A DNA stretch of 62,027 nt, filler included, from Sphacelaria rigidula (lineage: Eukaryota), in the NCBI GenBank assembly GCA_964200075.2. It is 10 parts of 10 records of this genome, joined end to end, with 100 filler letters (N's around TTAATTAATTAA, not from the genome) between each part and the next. Parts side by side here need not be neighbours in the genome. Positions count along the whole stretch, not along the records: positions 24,855 to 30,967 come from CAXNAA020022142.1; positions 31,068 to 37,179 come from CAXNAA020022143.1; 8 more parts are not named here. The stretch is one strand, 5' to 3'. The position numbers and the translations under genes are program-made. Below the pieces are notes generated by a model. The model had not been told where the DNA came from and searched no databases. It was given only the letters and a program-made list of their open reading frames with translations. The stretch's first letter is position 1, and each line of letters begins with the position of its first letter. This document shows, piece after piece, positions 24,755 through 36,806 of the stretch.

Positions 24755-24899
24755 NNNNNNNNNNNNNNNNNNNNNNNNNNNNNNNNNNNNNNNNNNNNTT
24801 AATTAATTAANNNNNNNNNNNNNNNNNNNNNNNNNNNNNNNNNNNNNNNNNNNNTGCATGGATAAAAGGTTCCTTCCTGTCCTCTGGGGACAAAAAAAA

Positions 24900-26750
24900 A
24901 AATACCCTGGAACCATAGGTATCGTAGGTATTCGTTTCGAAAATACCGGATTGGGTCGGTATCGATAGGGTATAAGATGTCCCAAATACCGGTACTGGGT
25001 ACCTGCTTTACCCTCTGTATCAAATTCAGAACTGCCATCTGGCAGTGCGCAGCGTTTCATATCTGGGTGCAAGTTGGGCAGTCAAAGTTTTCACAGGCAC
25101 CGTGGTATGCGGTGATATCGTAGGTATGAGTCGTGGAAATACCGGATTGGGCGGGTACGGTAGGTATTGAAATTTCGCAATACCCTGGTATCGCAGGTAT
25201 CATAAGTATGACATTCGGAAATACCGGAATGGGTCTGTATCGGTAGGGTATGAGATGTCCCTTATACCGGTACCGAATACCTACCTTACCTACGGTGCCT
25301 GTGTTATGTATATGTACAAGATTTTTGGCGCTTCGCTTTGAACCACCGCTTGATGGAGCGATTGCAAAGGCGGAGGGTAACCCTTTCACCGCGAGAGTAG
25401 GTCACCTGCTGAATCGGCATCAATAATCACTTGAAAAAGGTGTGCATGATCCAGATGGACTACCCGCATCGCGGTGTAAGGGTCCATAAAATGGGCATCA
25501 GCCGTCGCCCACATTCAGGAGTGGTTAGAGGCGAGAATATTATTGAGAGATGACTCTTTCGACATTCAGATATTCTCTTTTTCTTGTCTCTCTTGACTTT
25601 CAAACATCATCGACGACGATAAAACCCTTCCGAAAAATAATCGAACGGGGCAAGAGGCACTGATCTTGTACAACGAAAAAAAACAAACCTGAAGCTCTAC
25701 CCAGTCTCCGCCCGAAAAACCAAGGCAAAATAAACTCATTTACGATTCAAACAACTATAAAACCCGAACGAAAATGAAGAATCGGAAGGAGGCAGAAAAC
25801 ACTGATCCAACAGAAGCAAAAATAAACCATGAATCTCCACCCATCCTCCGTCTGGGATATCTGCGCAAAATGAACTCATTTTAGCTTTCAAAGATCAACA
25901 CAACTCGACCGAAACGTTCCAGCTCCGAGATGCCCCTCCACGACGCCTGATATGCTTTCTGGAGTAGCTTGCCAGTGAGATCATCTTTAATGACAACGAA
26001 TCTCGATTTTCCTAGACTTGAAATTCGCGAACTCGAAATTGGGGGGAAATTTTTATGGTACAGACAGTATCACAAATTTGTGAAACAGTTCTGTACACAG
26101 GCGGCCATTTTCTGCATGAGTGTGGTACTGCGTACTCGTCTATGAAGCCGAAGAGCAGGCAGGCGGTGAATTATCCTTCGAGTACGGTGTCGTACTTTGT
26201 TACCCTAGGGTAATACAGTGCAGGACACTCCATCAGTACAGTACATGACAATGCCGTGCGGAAGTACATGATGGCACAGTCAGTATTGCGAGAACAGAGA
26301 ACGAACAGTGCGCGAGCATAGTTCAGTAGTGCGTTGCCACACATCAACCTGCAAGTATTACACATCACACAAGTTGTGATTTCGATAACCGAAATACAAA
26401 CTTGTAGGGTGTGTAGCAGTTTTCAGTAGCTACCAGTAGGTCCATCAGTACAGTACATGACAATGCCGTGTGGAAGTACATGATGGCACAGTCAGTATTG
26501 CGAGAACAGTGAACAAACAGTGCGCGAGCAGAGTTCAGTAGTGCATTGCCATACATCACCCTGCAAGTACTACACCTCATACAAGTTGGGATGACGATAA
26601 TCGAAATCCAAACTTTTAGGGCGTGTAGCAGTTTTCGATAGCTACCATTAGGTGAAGGAACGGAACCATATTTCAAAGATTTGATGTGGATACGAAGATT
26701 TTACTCCTCCGGGTTCTCATCCTCAAGGAGAAGCTCCATCCACAATTTCG
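24900..26750. repeat. Cluster of tandem/dispersed duplications: ~115-bp unit at 24900 and 25180, ~145-bp unit at 25600-25900, ~212-bp tandem at 26229-26660. The last shares sequence with the foldback arm at 36059-36185.
   Basis: For example TCCATCAGTACAGTACATGACAATGCCGTG at 26229 and 26442, and TGTGGATACGAAGATTTT at ~26685 and ~36146. Confidence 0.75.
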
Positions 26751-27574
26751 ATGATCGGCTATTCTGTGACTACGAGAGCCATAGACTACTCTCGGTCCCC
26801 GAGTGTTTACCATCTGCCTTCATCGGCGGGTAACAGTTGGGGTTAGGGTTTTAGAGTGCAGTTGGGTCAATCTATCAAAGATTTGGATATATCATGAAAA
26901 GGGGAACTGACGACGAAATCGAAGCCTTTGACCACCTCTTGTTCATTAGGATTCATTTTCAGGTATCTTCCAAGTATAAACAAGCAGTGGTAACCACTGG
27001 CACGAGAGAGGGGTCAGTCGGCTGAGAACGTCACAAACGGCTGAGAACGTCACTAGTACCGGAGAGACACGTTCCGTTGCACTGACTGGTGAAGAGTCAG
27101 TCACTGGCGCCGGGGAAATAGGGTGCCTTAGATTTTCAGGAGGGCAAAATCAAACGGCTCGGCACGTCACCAGTGTCGGAGGTTCCGCGCCCTAAATTCC
27201 CAAAAAGAGAAAGAAGTGAAGAGTGCCACGGAAACAGGTTGCGCAAATTCCGAGTAGGGAAACGCGAGATTCTGGTGGCTAGAGAAGTCACTGGTCCCAG
27301 AGTAAATTCCGCGGAGAAAAGGGCCAATTCCGCGATGGGAAACGGGAAAGTGCGGATAAAGGGCAAATTCTCAGAAACAGACGGGGGAGTAGAAGCGGAA
27401 TAGTGAAAAACTGGCAGCTGGGACGTCGGAGTGCGGAGGAATACTGCGCTGTCAGGCATCGTTACTGTCGCACCTGCGTGCAGGGATCGCATCTGCGGAG
27501 AAACATAGTGTCCAAGAGTAATATCTCTATCGCTTGTCATATCCCCCCGTTGTCCACGACGGAAATCACAGATG

Positions 27575-27903
27575 TGTGTTGGCATGCTATTCTGGACGCC
27601 AGTCTACACCTTTTGGTATGTGTGAGTACATCAGCCGGGGCCACACAGGAAGAAGGGCAACACACCCAGGAGTGTTTACCGTTCATTTCTTCAGCACTCC
27701 ACCGACCTCCCTTCTGCGGTGCTTGCCTCGTCTGTTTATCGCGAGGGGGGTTCAACGGTCCCTTGAACGTCGTCGACCGTGAAGTCGAATCTTTGTCTAC
27801 CCACAACGTTGTCGCTCTTCACTGTTGGGCATGGTGTGAGAAAAAAAAAAAAAAAACACAGATCGTGTGACTACTTCACCGAGATTCGGACCCACGACCC
27901 GAC
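27575..27903 (-). mobile_element. SINE family A copy, head partly missing
   Basis: Homologous to 943-1315 (CAGATCGTGTGACT...GAGATTCG.ACCCACG). Confidence 0.82.
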
Positions 27904-28051
27904 GATGCACAGTTATTTTCAACAAAAAACTAACAGTATAGCATCTGCCGGGATTCGAACCCTCGACCCCGCCCCGTCACCAGTGCAAAAACATACCGTC
28001 TCAAGACGATCGGAGCACGGCGGCCACTACACGACCCAATCGACTCCTCAC

Positions 28052-28684
28052 CTCTCTCCCGGCGGAACCCACACCTCCGGCACCGGCACCGCCACCCCGG
28101 ACTCTCTTGAGCCCCTCCGGCGGGGGCAGCACCGCAGCCCCGGCAAAAATCCTCGCAATCTTGATTGCAGCCACAACACCACCACGCGGTTCACCATCAT
28201 CACCAACACCGCCGCCGCCGCTGTCGCCGCCGCCGCCTCCCACCCTTCCCGCCCCATCAACACCCGCTGCACCACTGGATCTCGCCCTACCGCCAGCACC
28301 AGCATCAGCACCGAGGCCCCCCTGTGGGTGTTGTTGATGCTGCGGCTGCAGCGTAACACTGCCCGCTGGGAGGGAAGGAATGGGGGACGCGTTTCCCCCG
28401 ACCCCTGCTCCCATCACAGGGGTTGCTCCGACTGCAGGAGCGGCGGCGGCAGCGGCGGCGGTGAGTCCGGTACCGGTTCCGGTTTGGCCTTGGGCGGCGG
28501 CATTAATGCCGGTTGGCGCTGGTTGTTGGTTTGGTAGCTGGCCATTGTTGTTCCTGCCAGCGCGGCCGGTGGAGTTCCTGCCGTCCTCTTCGTCCTTGGC
28601 TTCTTTAGTGTCGAGCAGGGCGGCGCTGTGCTCTACGACCCTCAGCAGTCGTCGCAGGTGTAGGCTCTCGTTAGCGCGGAAAAT
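28052..28684 (-). CDS. Single internal exon (211 codons, phase 0/0) of an unknown Gly/Ala-rich low-complexity protein
   Basis: AAACAG|ATT acceptor, GAG|GTGAGG donor, open frame IFRANESLHLRRLL...GSAGRE, GC-rich coding-like composition. Confidence 0.6.
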
Positions 28685-29542
28685 CTGTTTTTTTTTGTCA
28701 TTTTGTATTTGCGTTGAGGTTGGGAGTCGTCGGGGCAAGCTCGTTAAAGCGATTTCCTCTTGAGGAGCGCACATTCCAGACGTCCCTGGATTCTACGACA
28801 GCTCCGATACCCCCCATGTAACTTTCACGAAGGGGTTTTCCCACCATTTATCGGGCACCTTGCTGTGTAATAGCTAGGCTTCTACTTATCATGCCAGCGC
28901 GGTGTTTGAAGAATCCGTTTATCTTGAAAATAATAATGGGTCGTTATTTTGTAAAACCGTGATTTCAAGAGCATAGAAAGTAGAAGCCTAATAATAGCTG
29001 ACCCTGTTTCCGGGAGGGATAACACTCGATCCGAAGCAACCTGTGCGTTACTCACACTACACCCACGAACACAACGAGCCCACAGGCTATGGCTACAGCA
29101 CCCGTGATAGGCGATCTTCCGTGCTAACATAGTCTCCTCACTTTCCTTTATTTTTTCTTTCAAATACGCGGAAAGTTATTATTGGTTACTCTTTCGTATG
29201 AAACAGGGGTGAACGGTGCGGGGGGTGCCATCACTTGACAACCGCTTATTTTTGCACGAGGCTCGTGGCTTATTTCCTCTGGGAGGCAACCGACAGCGAC
29301 TATGTAGGATTGGGCCAAGGGTTACCTTGCCGGCGTCATAGTTTGTACACAAGGTCTCATATTTCGATATTTCGAGAGGGCGGGAGTCACGTTTTCAAGT
29401 GCGAAGTTCTTGAGGGGTAGCGTCACCTGTACACTTCGAGAAGAACCCACTATATTCACCGGTTTTGCAGAAAGCGACAATCAATCCGAGAATAAATCAC
29501 TGACACAAAAAACGGGGTTATGGGATGTCTCTTGCCTCAAAT

Positions 29543-29807
29543 GAGTCATGCTACGATAGGGGGGCGGGGGGAGGGGGGGGAGAGGGGGGGATTCCACAAA
29601 AAAGTGGGCTGATGAATGCTTCAGACGACCCAACACACTCGCGGTGCGCTTGTATTTGGGTAAAAGCGGTGTCAAGCAGTATGAATGAGCCTCATTTATC
29701 GGAAGTAAGCGCGTTTGAACAACTGTTGCTGCTATTAACAACGATTTCAAGCGGAATTTCGTTGAACAAAACGGCCCAACATACCCCCCCCCATCGTGGC
29801 ATGACTC
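29543..29807. mobile_element. MITE family S2 (TIR GAGTCATSCTACGATAGGGGGG), 4-bp TSD AAAT, Sola-like
   Basis: Left end GAGTCATGCTACGATAGGGGGG; right end CCCCCCCCCATCGTGGCATGACTC. AAAT at 29539-29542 and 29808-29811. Confidence 0.88.
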
Positions 29808-29852
29808 AAATATAAACAAACAGGCGGCAATACTAATACTTGAACAGTAAGC

Positions 29853-30112
29853 CGCCGCGTCCCGGTGGTGTAATGGTCCGACTGTCGCTATTAGGGAGAA
29901 CGGGGGATCGATTCCCGATGTGTTGGGGTTTTTCTTCGTCATGTATGATTTCCACGGTGGAAAGCGTGAGAACGTGAGTAAACAAAGTAGTCGACTGGGT
30001 TTGTGTGACGTGAGTNNNNNNNNNNGAGACCAAAATGAAAGGCGCGCACCGGAGGAGAGATGGGTTGATCCCTTGAGACCACGGGCTCATCCCGAGGAAG
30101 GGGAGGGGTTGA
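29853..30112 (+). mobile_element. tRNA-derived SINE family B (contains a 10-N scaffold gap at 30016-30025)
   Basis: A box TGGTGTAATGG, B-box-like GGATCGATTCC; body shared with 14703-14995 and 43492-43760. Confidence 0.82.
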
Positions 30113-30504
30113 AAGTGGGAGGGGGAAAAAAAGAAGGTATACGGACTAGACAAGGGGTGGGAGTAAGGAATGTATGATCCAAGAGTGTTTCACGTAAGCC
30201 ACAGAGTGACTCAAGTTTTTTTCAATCACGAAGGTGGTAACTTCCATCGGTGTTATTTTCACTCTTACTACACGTACATATTCCTTACTCGGCAATGGGA
30301 TAAAATGAAAGAAAGTCTTGTTACCGACAGCTGACCGTTTATGATACAATACCAAACAAGATCCATTCGATACCTCACATGACACATGCAGTAACAGGAG
30401 AGGGGAAGGAGGATTGCAGTGACGAACTGATCAGAACCAAACTCAAGCCAAGACACTCTTCGATCACTGTTTCAAATCTCGACACGATGTAACGATACAC
30501 CACT

Positions 30505-30921
30505 CCAACTCTCATCCGCTACACAAAAACCTTTTTTACATATGCATCACCTTGCTGCTCCGCCGTCTGCGCCCACCATCCATCTCCTGTGGTATACCGA
30601 TCGATTTCTCGCTGCTATCCAATGTACCAAACGATTTCATGCCACGCCCAAATGCTTGAGGTGTCTCTATTGGGAATAGGAACGGTACTCCGTCTCGAGA
30701 GGGATGCGTGATCGATGGTCACATGGCCAAGGCAAGCAACATATTGAGTAACCCACCCACCCCCCCCTCCCAACTCTCTTGACTCCGTCACTAAAGGGAT
30801 GTGTGTTCAATAGTTACACGACTAAGGCCAGCAACGAATGATCACGCACCCCCCCCCCCCTTTGTAGGGATGCGAGGTCAATGGTCTGATGACTATGGCA
30901 GGCATGATCATGAGTACACCC
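30505..30921 (+). mobile_element. Tandem stack of three C-tailed LINE 3' fragments: 30514-30769 (with 5' inversion), 30782-30860, 30861-30921
   Basis: Three successive GGGATG...CA/GAT.GT...TGA..AC + C-run units. The first is flanked by CCAACTCTC (30505-30513, 30770-30778). Confidence 0.85.
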
Positions 30922-31067
30922 AAATGCAAGATAATCAGTAGGCCTCGGGCCGAACAATCCTAGCAGGNNNNNNNNNNNNNNNNNNNNNNNNNNNNNNNNN
31001 NNNNNNNNNNNTTAATTAATTAANNNNNNNNNNNNNNNNNNNNNNNNNNNNNNNNNNNNNNNNNNNN

Positions 31068-31235
31068 GTTGTTCGAACAAGCTGGTTGCGGATCAATAAC
31101 GCTCATCCATACTGCCTGACATCGTTTGAAACCAAACCCAAGCGCAACGCCAGTGTGAAAAGATGTCTGACACACTCATGAGCCTCGTTATTCGTGCAAC
31201 CGAATACCCCCCCCCCCCTTATCGTAGGATGACTC
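31068..31235. mobile_element. MITE family S2, partial (inverted relative to 29543-29807)
   Basis: Ends CCCCCCCCCCCCTTATCGTAGGATGACTC; internal similarity to the reverse complement of 29610-29720. Confidence 0.8.
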
Positions 31236-34200
31236 AACGCCAAATCCAACCACATGACACCCACTCGGACGATGATGTCAACGACGGAGTGGCTTCTTCC
31301 ACTGACTGCTTTAATGACAGGTATACCGCCACGCGTGGCAGTGGTGATGCACTTTCTTGCATATCCATGGACGGTGTGGGTATTCGGTACATGGGCGCGT
31401 AACAAGACAACAAACGGATCTCCACACCTCCTTCGTGTATGAGAGTAAGGATGACAAACGATGAGATGAAACTCTAATGCGGACTCGAAGTGAGCGAAGT
31501 ACGTACCCTTCGAAGAGGCACACGAGGTTTCTTTTATTGCCATACACTGCGATGTGTCGGGTATGTATCGTGAGAACGGGAAGGTCGACTTGGTCTCGCC
31601 CTAACACTCCACCAATATTTTGCCTTCAAATGTTGGATGTTTTACTTCCCTCGGGCACAGAGACTCAGAAGACGGGAAAAAGCGCAAGCGAGCACAGGCT
31701 GAGACAGGAAATAGCGAAACATCGCTGGGCACTTCCAACCAAGCGCCCTACGAACACGCACAACGCCGGTGGAAGGTGAATGCGCATTACTGAATTGGCG
31801 CTTAACGGTTCGTCCTGTACCAGGCAGGAGCACACCCGACACACACAACTCTCAGTATACAAACTTGGCACCGAGTAGACTCCCTTCCAAGGCCCCAAAC
31901 AGGTACGCCTCTCACTCCCTTCAACTATTCGTGTAACAACGCTGAATGATACTGAATATTCCTCGATGTTCCTTACCCCATGCGTATCATGTTATTGAGG
32001 ACCAACATTGACGATCAACACTACGAGGCAGGCGACGACGACTTTGAACAGACGCCACAAGGACTAACAGCCCCCACCGGGATGGAGGCATCTCCACCCC
32101 CCCCGTTTGTTCGAACACGAAGAGTCGCGGGAATCAATGTACGTCCTCGGTTTCGATATGCTTGAAGTTTTCCTGGAAAGATGCGTGCAAACGGCGTTAG
32201 CCATCAAGTATGTCGAGAATCAGGCTTGTGTTTCGCAACCATTTATCTCACCACATCATCATAAGCCCTTTTTAAAATTGCTGCTGAACCATCGCCACTT
32301 CGCTGTGCCATCCCTTTTCTCGTGTGTCTTCCGGAAATACCGTGCTTACCGTACAGGTCCTAGATCGAGACCACTATTCTTGAGGCCAGGGTACACTTCC
32401 AACAGGAAGCGCGAAAGAAACCCGTTAACGAAGGGCATGTCTCGGCGTGGCTCATGAAGAAATTGAGTCGGAAACTCTTTCGAAACATTGACCTCGCGAT
32501 AAGTGTATCCCAGAGACTACCAAGCGCGATTACAACCGCGTATGTCTTCGGCCCCGGGGCCCTAAACAAAATCAAAAAGACAGTCACACAGGAACACCTG
32601 CGCACTTCGGACGTAGCCAAGTACATCTTCTCCCCAGGGGACAAGTATGGGTCGGTGTTGGACCTGATAGTACGCAACAACGGAACGGAGTTTTCAATCC
32701 CTAATGGCAAGATTGACGCAGTGTGGAGCTCATGATGACGCCCATCGGGTTGGACCGCATTTCCATGAAGTTGTTTGATGTAGAGGGCAAAAAGGATATG
32801 CTTGCGTCGAACTGCGGGGTGTGGAGGCCGCGGTATACTGTATTTTACCTTTGGGATCTTGGCATGAATGCACGCTGGGAGGTTCGGTTTGTATGTGCCT
32901 GGAAATTGATTGTCCGGTGGATGTATCCACTGTTAAATATACTCAACACCCCGAGGGGGTGAGCGCGGGGCGGGCGCGGGCCAACAACGACACCGTAGGA
33001 GCTGATGTCTTGCTGTATTCTTGAGTGGATTTATGGCGTAGGAAGTATGCTGTATACCGAGGGAGTGGGGAGCAGGTATTGGGGCACCCTCATATAGTTT
33101 GCGACTTCATGGGAATATCGACATCAGAAGTCTAGGGACGAATGTAAATTGGGGATGCACGCGACTAATGCAATCTCTGTGTCATTAAGGTCTGGGCAAA
33201 TGCGATTTGCCTCCACGTTCGCATGCACGGTCGCCGCTTCTCTGAAGACGCCAAGATACCGACAGTTACAATGGCCACCTGTTCAAATTGCATGAATTCA
33301 AGTGCTTCATATAGATCCTTCGCCAAATTCAGTTTTGGCATCACGTGAACAAAAACGTGCAACCCTTTCGTAGCACGACTCCGTATACAGACTAACCTCG
33401 GCGTTCTCGGCGAAGTGGTCGGGTGGTGGATTTCTCCCATCACAACCCATCAATATGGGTAGCGATGTTGTGCTGTCTTGGCATCACAAAACCAATCATG
33501 CAGAGTAATGTACAACAAATAAACTGTCCTAAATATTGCTCCGCACGCATGGAGGGCGACGCCAAAATTGAAACGGTCTCGTGCTGCACACATGGGTTTT
33601 TCAGGCGTGCGCAAACAAACTGAAGACAAAGGGGATATGGCCGGTGCTGATATAGAAATGAAACGTCGAGAGTGATGTAGGGTGCACGTTGTGAACAAAA
33701 GTGGTGTAGTGGCGTACGAGGATGAACCCCGGTGATGTGTAAACACTGCGGTGGGGTGTACACAGACCTCGACGCAGCCCGCTTGGGATTTCTTTTTCGG
33801 TGCCCTGAACCAACTGTACACATGCGGTTTTGCGCCTGAAACGGGGTAGACAGCAAGGGAACGATTGCAGCTTGTACACAATTCACAAAGCCAGAGCATA
33901 CTATTTACAAAAGCAAGCACGGCAGTGCACGCTGATCCTGTGATCGTTACTTGTGCCGACGGCAACCAAGGGCGAACGTGTACACAGGATGGGGCTCTAG
34001 AGGCGAGAAAAACAAAGCGTGTAACTGTAACAACAGCACACCCGCAGGTAAGAAAAATGAAAAACCCTCGGTACCAAAAAGTGCGACTGACTGTTTTAGC
34101 ATATGCAACATACGCACATGGGCACGATTAAAAAATACAGTCGACACGACACACTAGCAGAAGCGGCATGAGGGAAAACAAAAACAATGAGCCGTGGGCC

Positions 34201-35288
34201 TGAAACAGACCTTCAAAAGGAATAACAAATGTAGGAGATACCCTCAGGGAAGCACAGAAGAACACCTTGCAACGTAGTAGGCAGGACACAACAAGAGCTT
34301 GATCGCTACAAGCTGAAACCCCATATATTGTCCCAGCTGAAGCCCCATATATTATGAGCTTATGGCTAGTCGCCTTGGAGAAGGCAGCCTCAGTACACGT
34401 TTACCCTGATATGTTCTCACAAACAGAGGCTCAAGCCGTGCGTGCCAGATTGCAATGCACAGCAGCTGCGCAATAAGAAATAAAGACAGATCAAATCACA
34501 GTAGTAGCAATTGAATAAGGTGTTCACAAAGATTGATTCTCTTCTTATACTCTAAAATACAAACCAGAGCCAGTACTTTCCCCACGACCACAAAACGCTC
34601 TGGCGAGGACTCACTTGAAACTCAGAGCAACGGCGGCAAGGCTGATGATATCCTGGGCCCAAGATGAAGTGCTCATGGTAGGGCTAGGGACGATTGTGTG
34701 ACTACCTTACGCAGGAATTAAATCCGTATCAAATCATAGTACTATAACCAAAGAGCAGAAATCCTCCATTCAACGAACGTTCCGGGAACACTATCCGTTG
34801 TGCAGATGATCATTCAATGTGCAGCAGACATCAACCATACTGTGTCTCCCATCGACTATTCGAAACATGAAATAGGATCATTCAACAAACTGACATATCT
34901 CGGCGACTAACCAAGAGTCATATCCAACGTTCATTTACTCCGACATCTGTGTCCAGAACGCTGTGGTACCTTATCGACGCTATCACTATTATAAATACCA
35001 TAACAATGTCAGGTCCTGCGGTGTGCTTTGGCGCCCTGCACCCTGCCGCTGGGCAGTGAGTAGGTAGTTCCGCCGAACGCGTCGCGCTGCGGTTGGTACG
35101 CAGTGTCGAACACAGCAGCAATCAGCGTATTTCATGTACCGTACTTGTACATAGATCTGTGCTCTGAAGACCGATGCGCACACACACAGCAACTACTATT
35201 GTCATTACCCATCGATGAGGGGGGGTGCCACTTCCCCCTCTTCAAATAGGGTACCCAGAGGTCTCCCCCTCCCCCCCTATAGCCCCAG

Positions 35289-35330
35289 TCAATGGTCTGA
35301 CGACTATGGCATGCATGATCATGAGTACAT
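35289..35330 (+). mobile_element. 42-nt C-tailed LINE 3' micro-insertion (subfamily II)
   Basis: TCAATGGTCTGACGACTATGGCATGCATGATCATGAGTACAT, flanked by CCCTATAGCCCCAG (35275-35288) and CCCTACGGCCCCAG (35331-35344). Confidence 0.88.
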
Positions 35331-35790
35331 CCCTACGGCCCCAGAATGAAGTTTGGGCGACCTGGTGGAGGGGTGCCGTCATTTACCGATATGGGGCCCC
35401 TCGCTTCAGCGTGCAGCTGCTTGACGCTTGACACTGTCTCCTGTCTGCCCGAGAAACAGCAGTTTGCAACATATAGTCTATGACATACCGGGAAGCAAGT
35501 CGTGTACGTGTACTTCAAAACAGGAATGGTAGTGACTGGGACTGGTGCGGTACGACCTAGCGGGAATTTGCCGGGAAACGGCTCGCGTCTCAGCGCCGGC
35601 TTGCTGCGGGCCCTTGCCAATGTAGGGCGACGGCGATAGCACGAACACGATATTTGCTCTAATGCAACTTTGCGCTCCGTGCAACGACGCATCACCATAC
35701 CCCGGGTGCGTGCGGCAGACCTTCATTTTAGAGTAGAAGGGCCCAGCCGAGACCACTCCGGTTTTATCGCCGAAATCCGGGACCGCAACG

Positions 35791-36223
35791 AACACGGGGT
35801 TTCACAAATTGGGGATGGAGTTTTTATAGGGGTTCAAAACCCGGAGAGTTAAAATCTTCGTATCCACACCAAATCTTCGAAGTATGCTTCCATTTCTTAA
35901 CTTGCAGATAGCTATTGACAACTGCTACACGCCATACAAATGTGGATTTCGATAACCGAAATGTCGGGGTCCTCAGTGGAAAACCAATTTTGGGGTCCGA
36001 TCGGATCACCTAAATCCCCAATAATTGATTCTTCACCCAAGACCCCGACATTTCGATGATCGAAATCCAAATTTGTATGGCGTCTAGTATTGTCATCAAT
36101 AGCTACCAGCAAGTGAAGAAATGGAACCATGTTTCGAAGATTTGGTGTGGATACGAAGATTTTGATTCTCCGGGTTCTCATCCCCATTAAATGATTCATC
36201 CCCAACTAATAAAATCTCGTGTT
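35791..36223. repeat. ~430-bp imperfect palindrome (foldback element), arms ~200 bp, loop ~20 nt
   Basis: For example AAAATCTTCGTATCCACACCAAATCTTCGAA (35851) versus TTCGAAGATTTGGTGTGGATACGAAGATTTT (~36133), and CGAAATGTCGGGGTC versus GACCCCGACATTTCG. Confidence 0.9.
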
Positions 36224-36806
36224 AACGTCTCGAACACCGAAACAAATATAAATTGGAAGCATCCTGGACGCAGGGCACTATATTTTCCGAACACATAAGA
36301 ATATGTAGTTTTCTACGTTACCATGTCGTTTTTCTATACTATAAATCTCACCGAAAGCATTGCTTGTAAAGTGAAAACGATCCTGAATTTATGCTCGCTC
36401 TCGGACAAAACGTATGCTCGATTTATGCTCGCCACGTGGAAATTATGCTTGGCCATGCTCCGCTGAAGGAGCGAAGCGTGTGGAACCAAGGGGCCCTAGA
36501 TCGGAATGTCACGGCACCAGGGCCTTCCTTGTCGCCAAAACCTCATTCTGGGGCAGGGGGAGGCGGGGGGGTTCCCCAACTTTGATGGGGAGGTACCCCG
36601 CTGATCGTTGGATAATGGCGATAGTACTTGCTGTACTGCGATATTAAAGATAGAAAAATATTAAAAGTAGAAAATAAAAGCAATATATAATAAAACATTT
36701 CCTTTGCAGCCTCTCAAAGTGTTTCGTCGTAGTGCAGCATGATGACGGCATGTAGAAATACACGTTGGATGAATGTCGCTTTCTGCTGAAATGCGGGCAA
36801 ACCACG

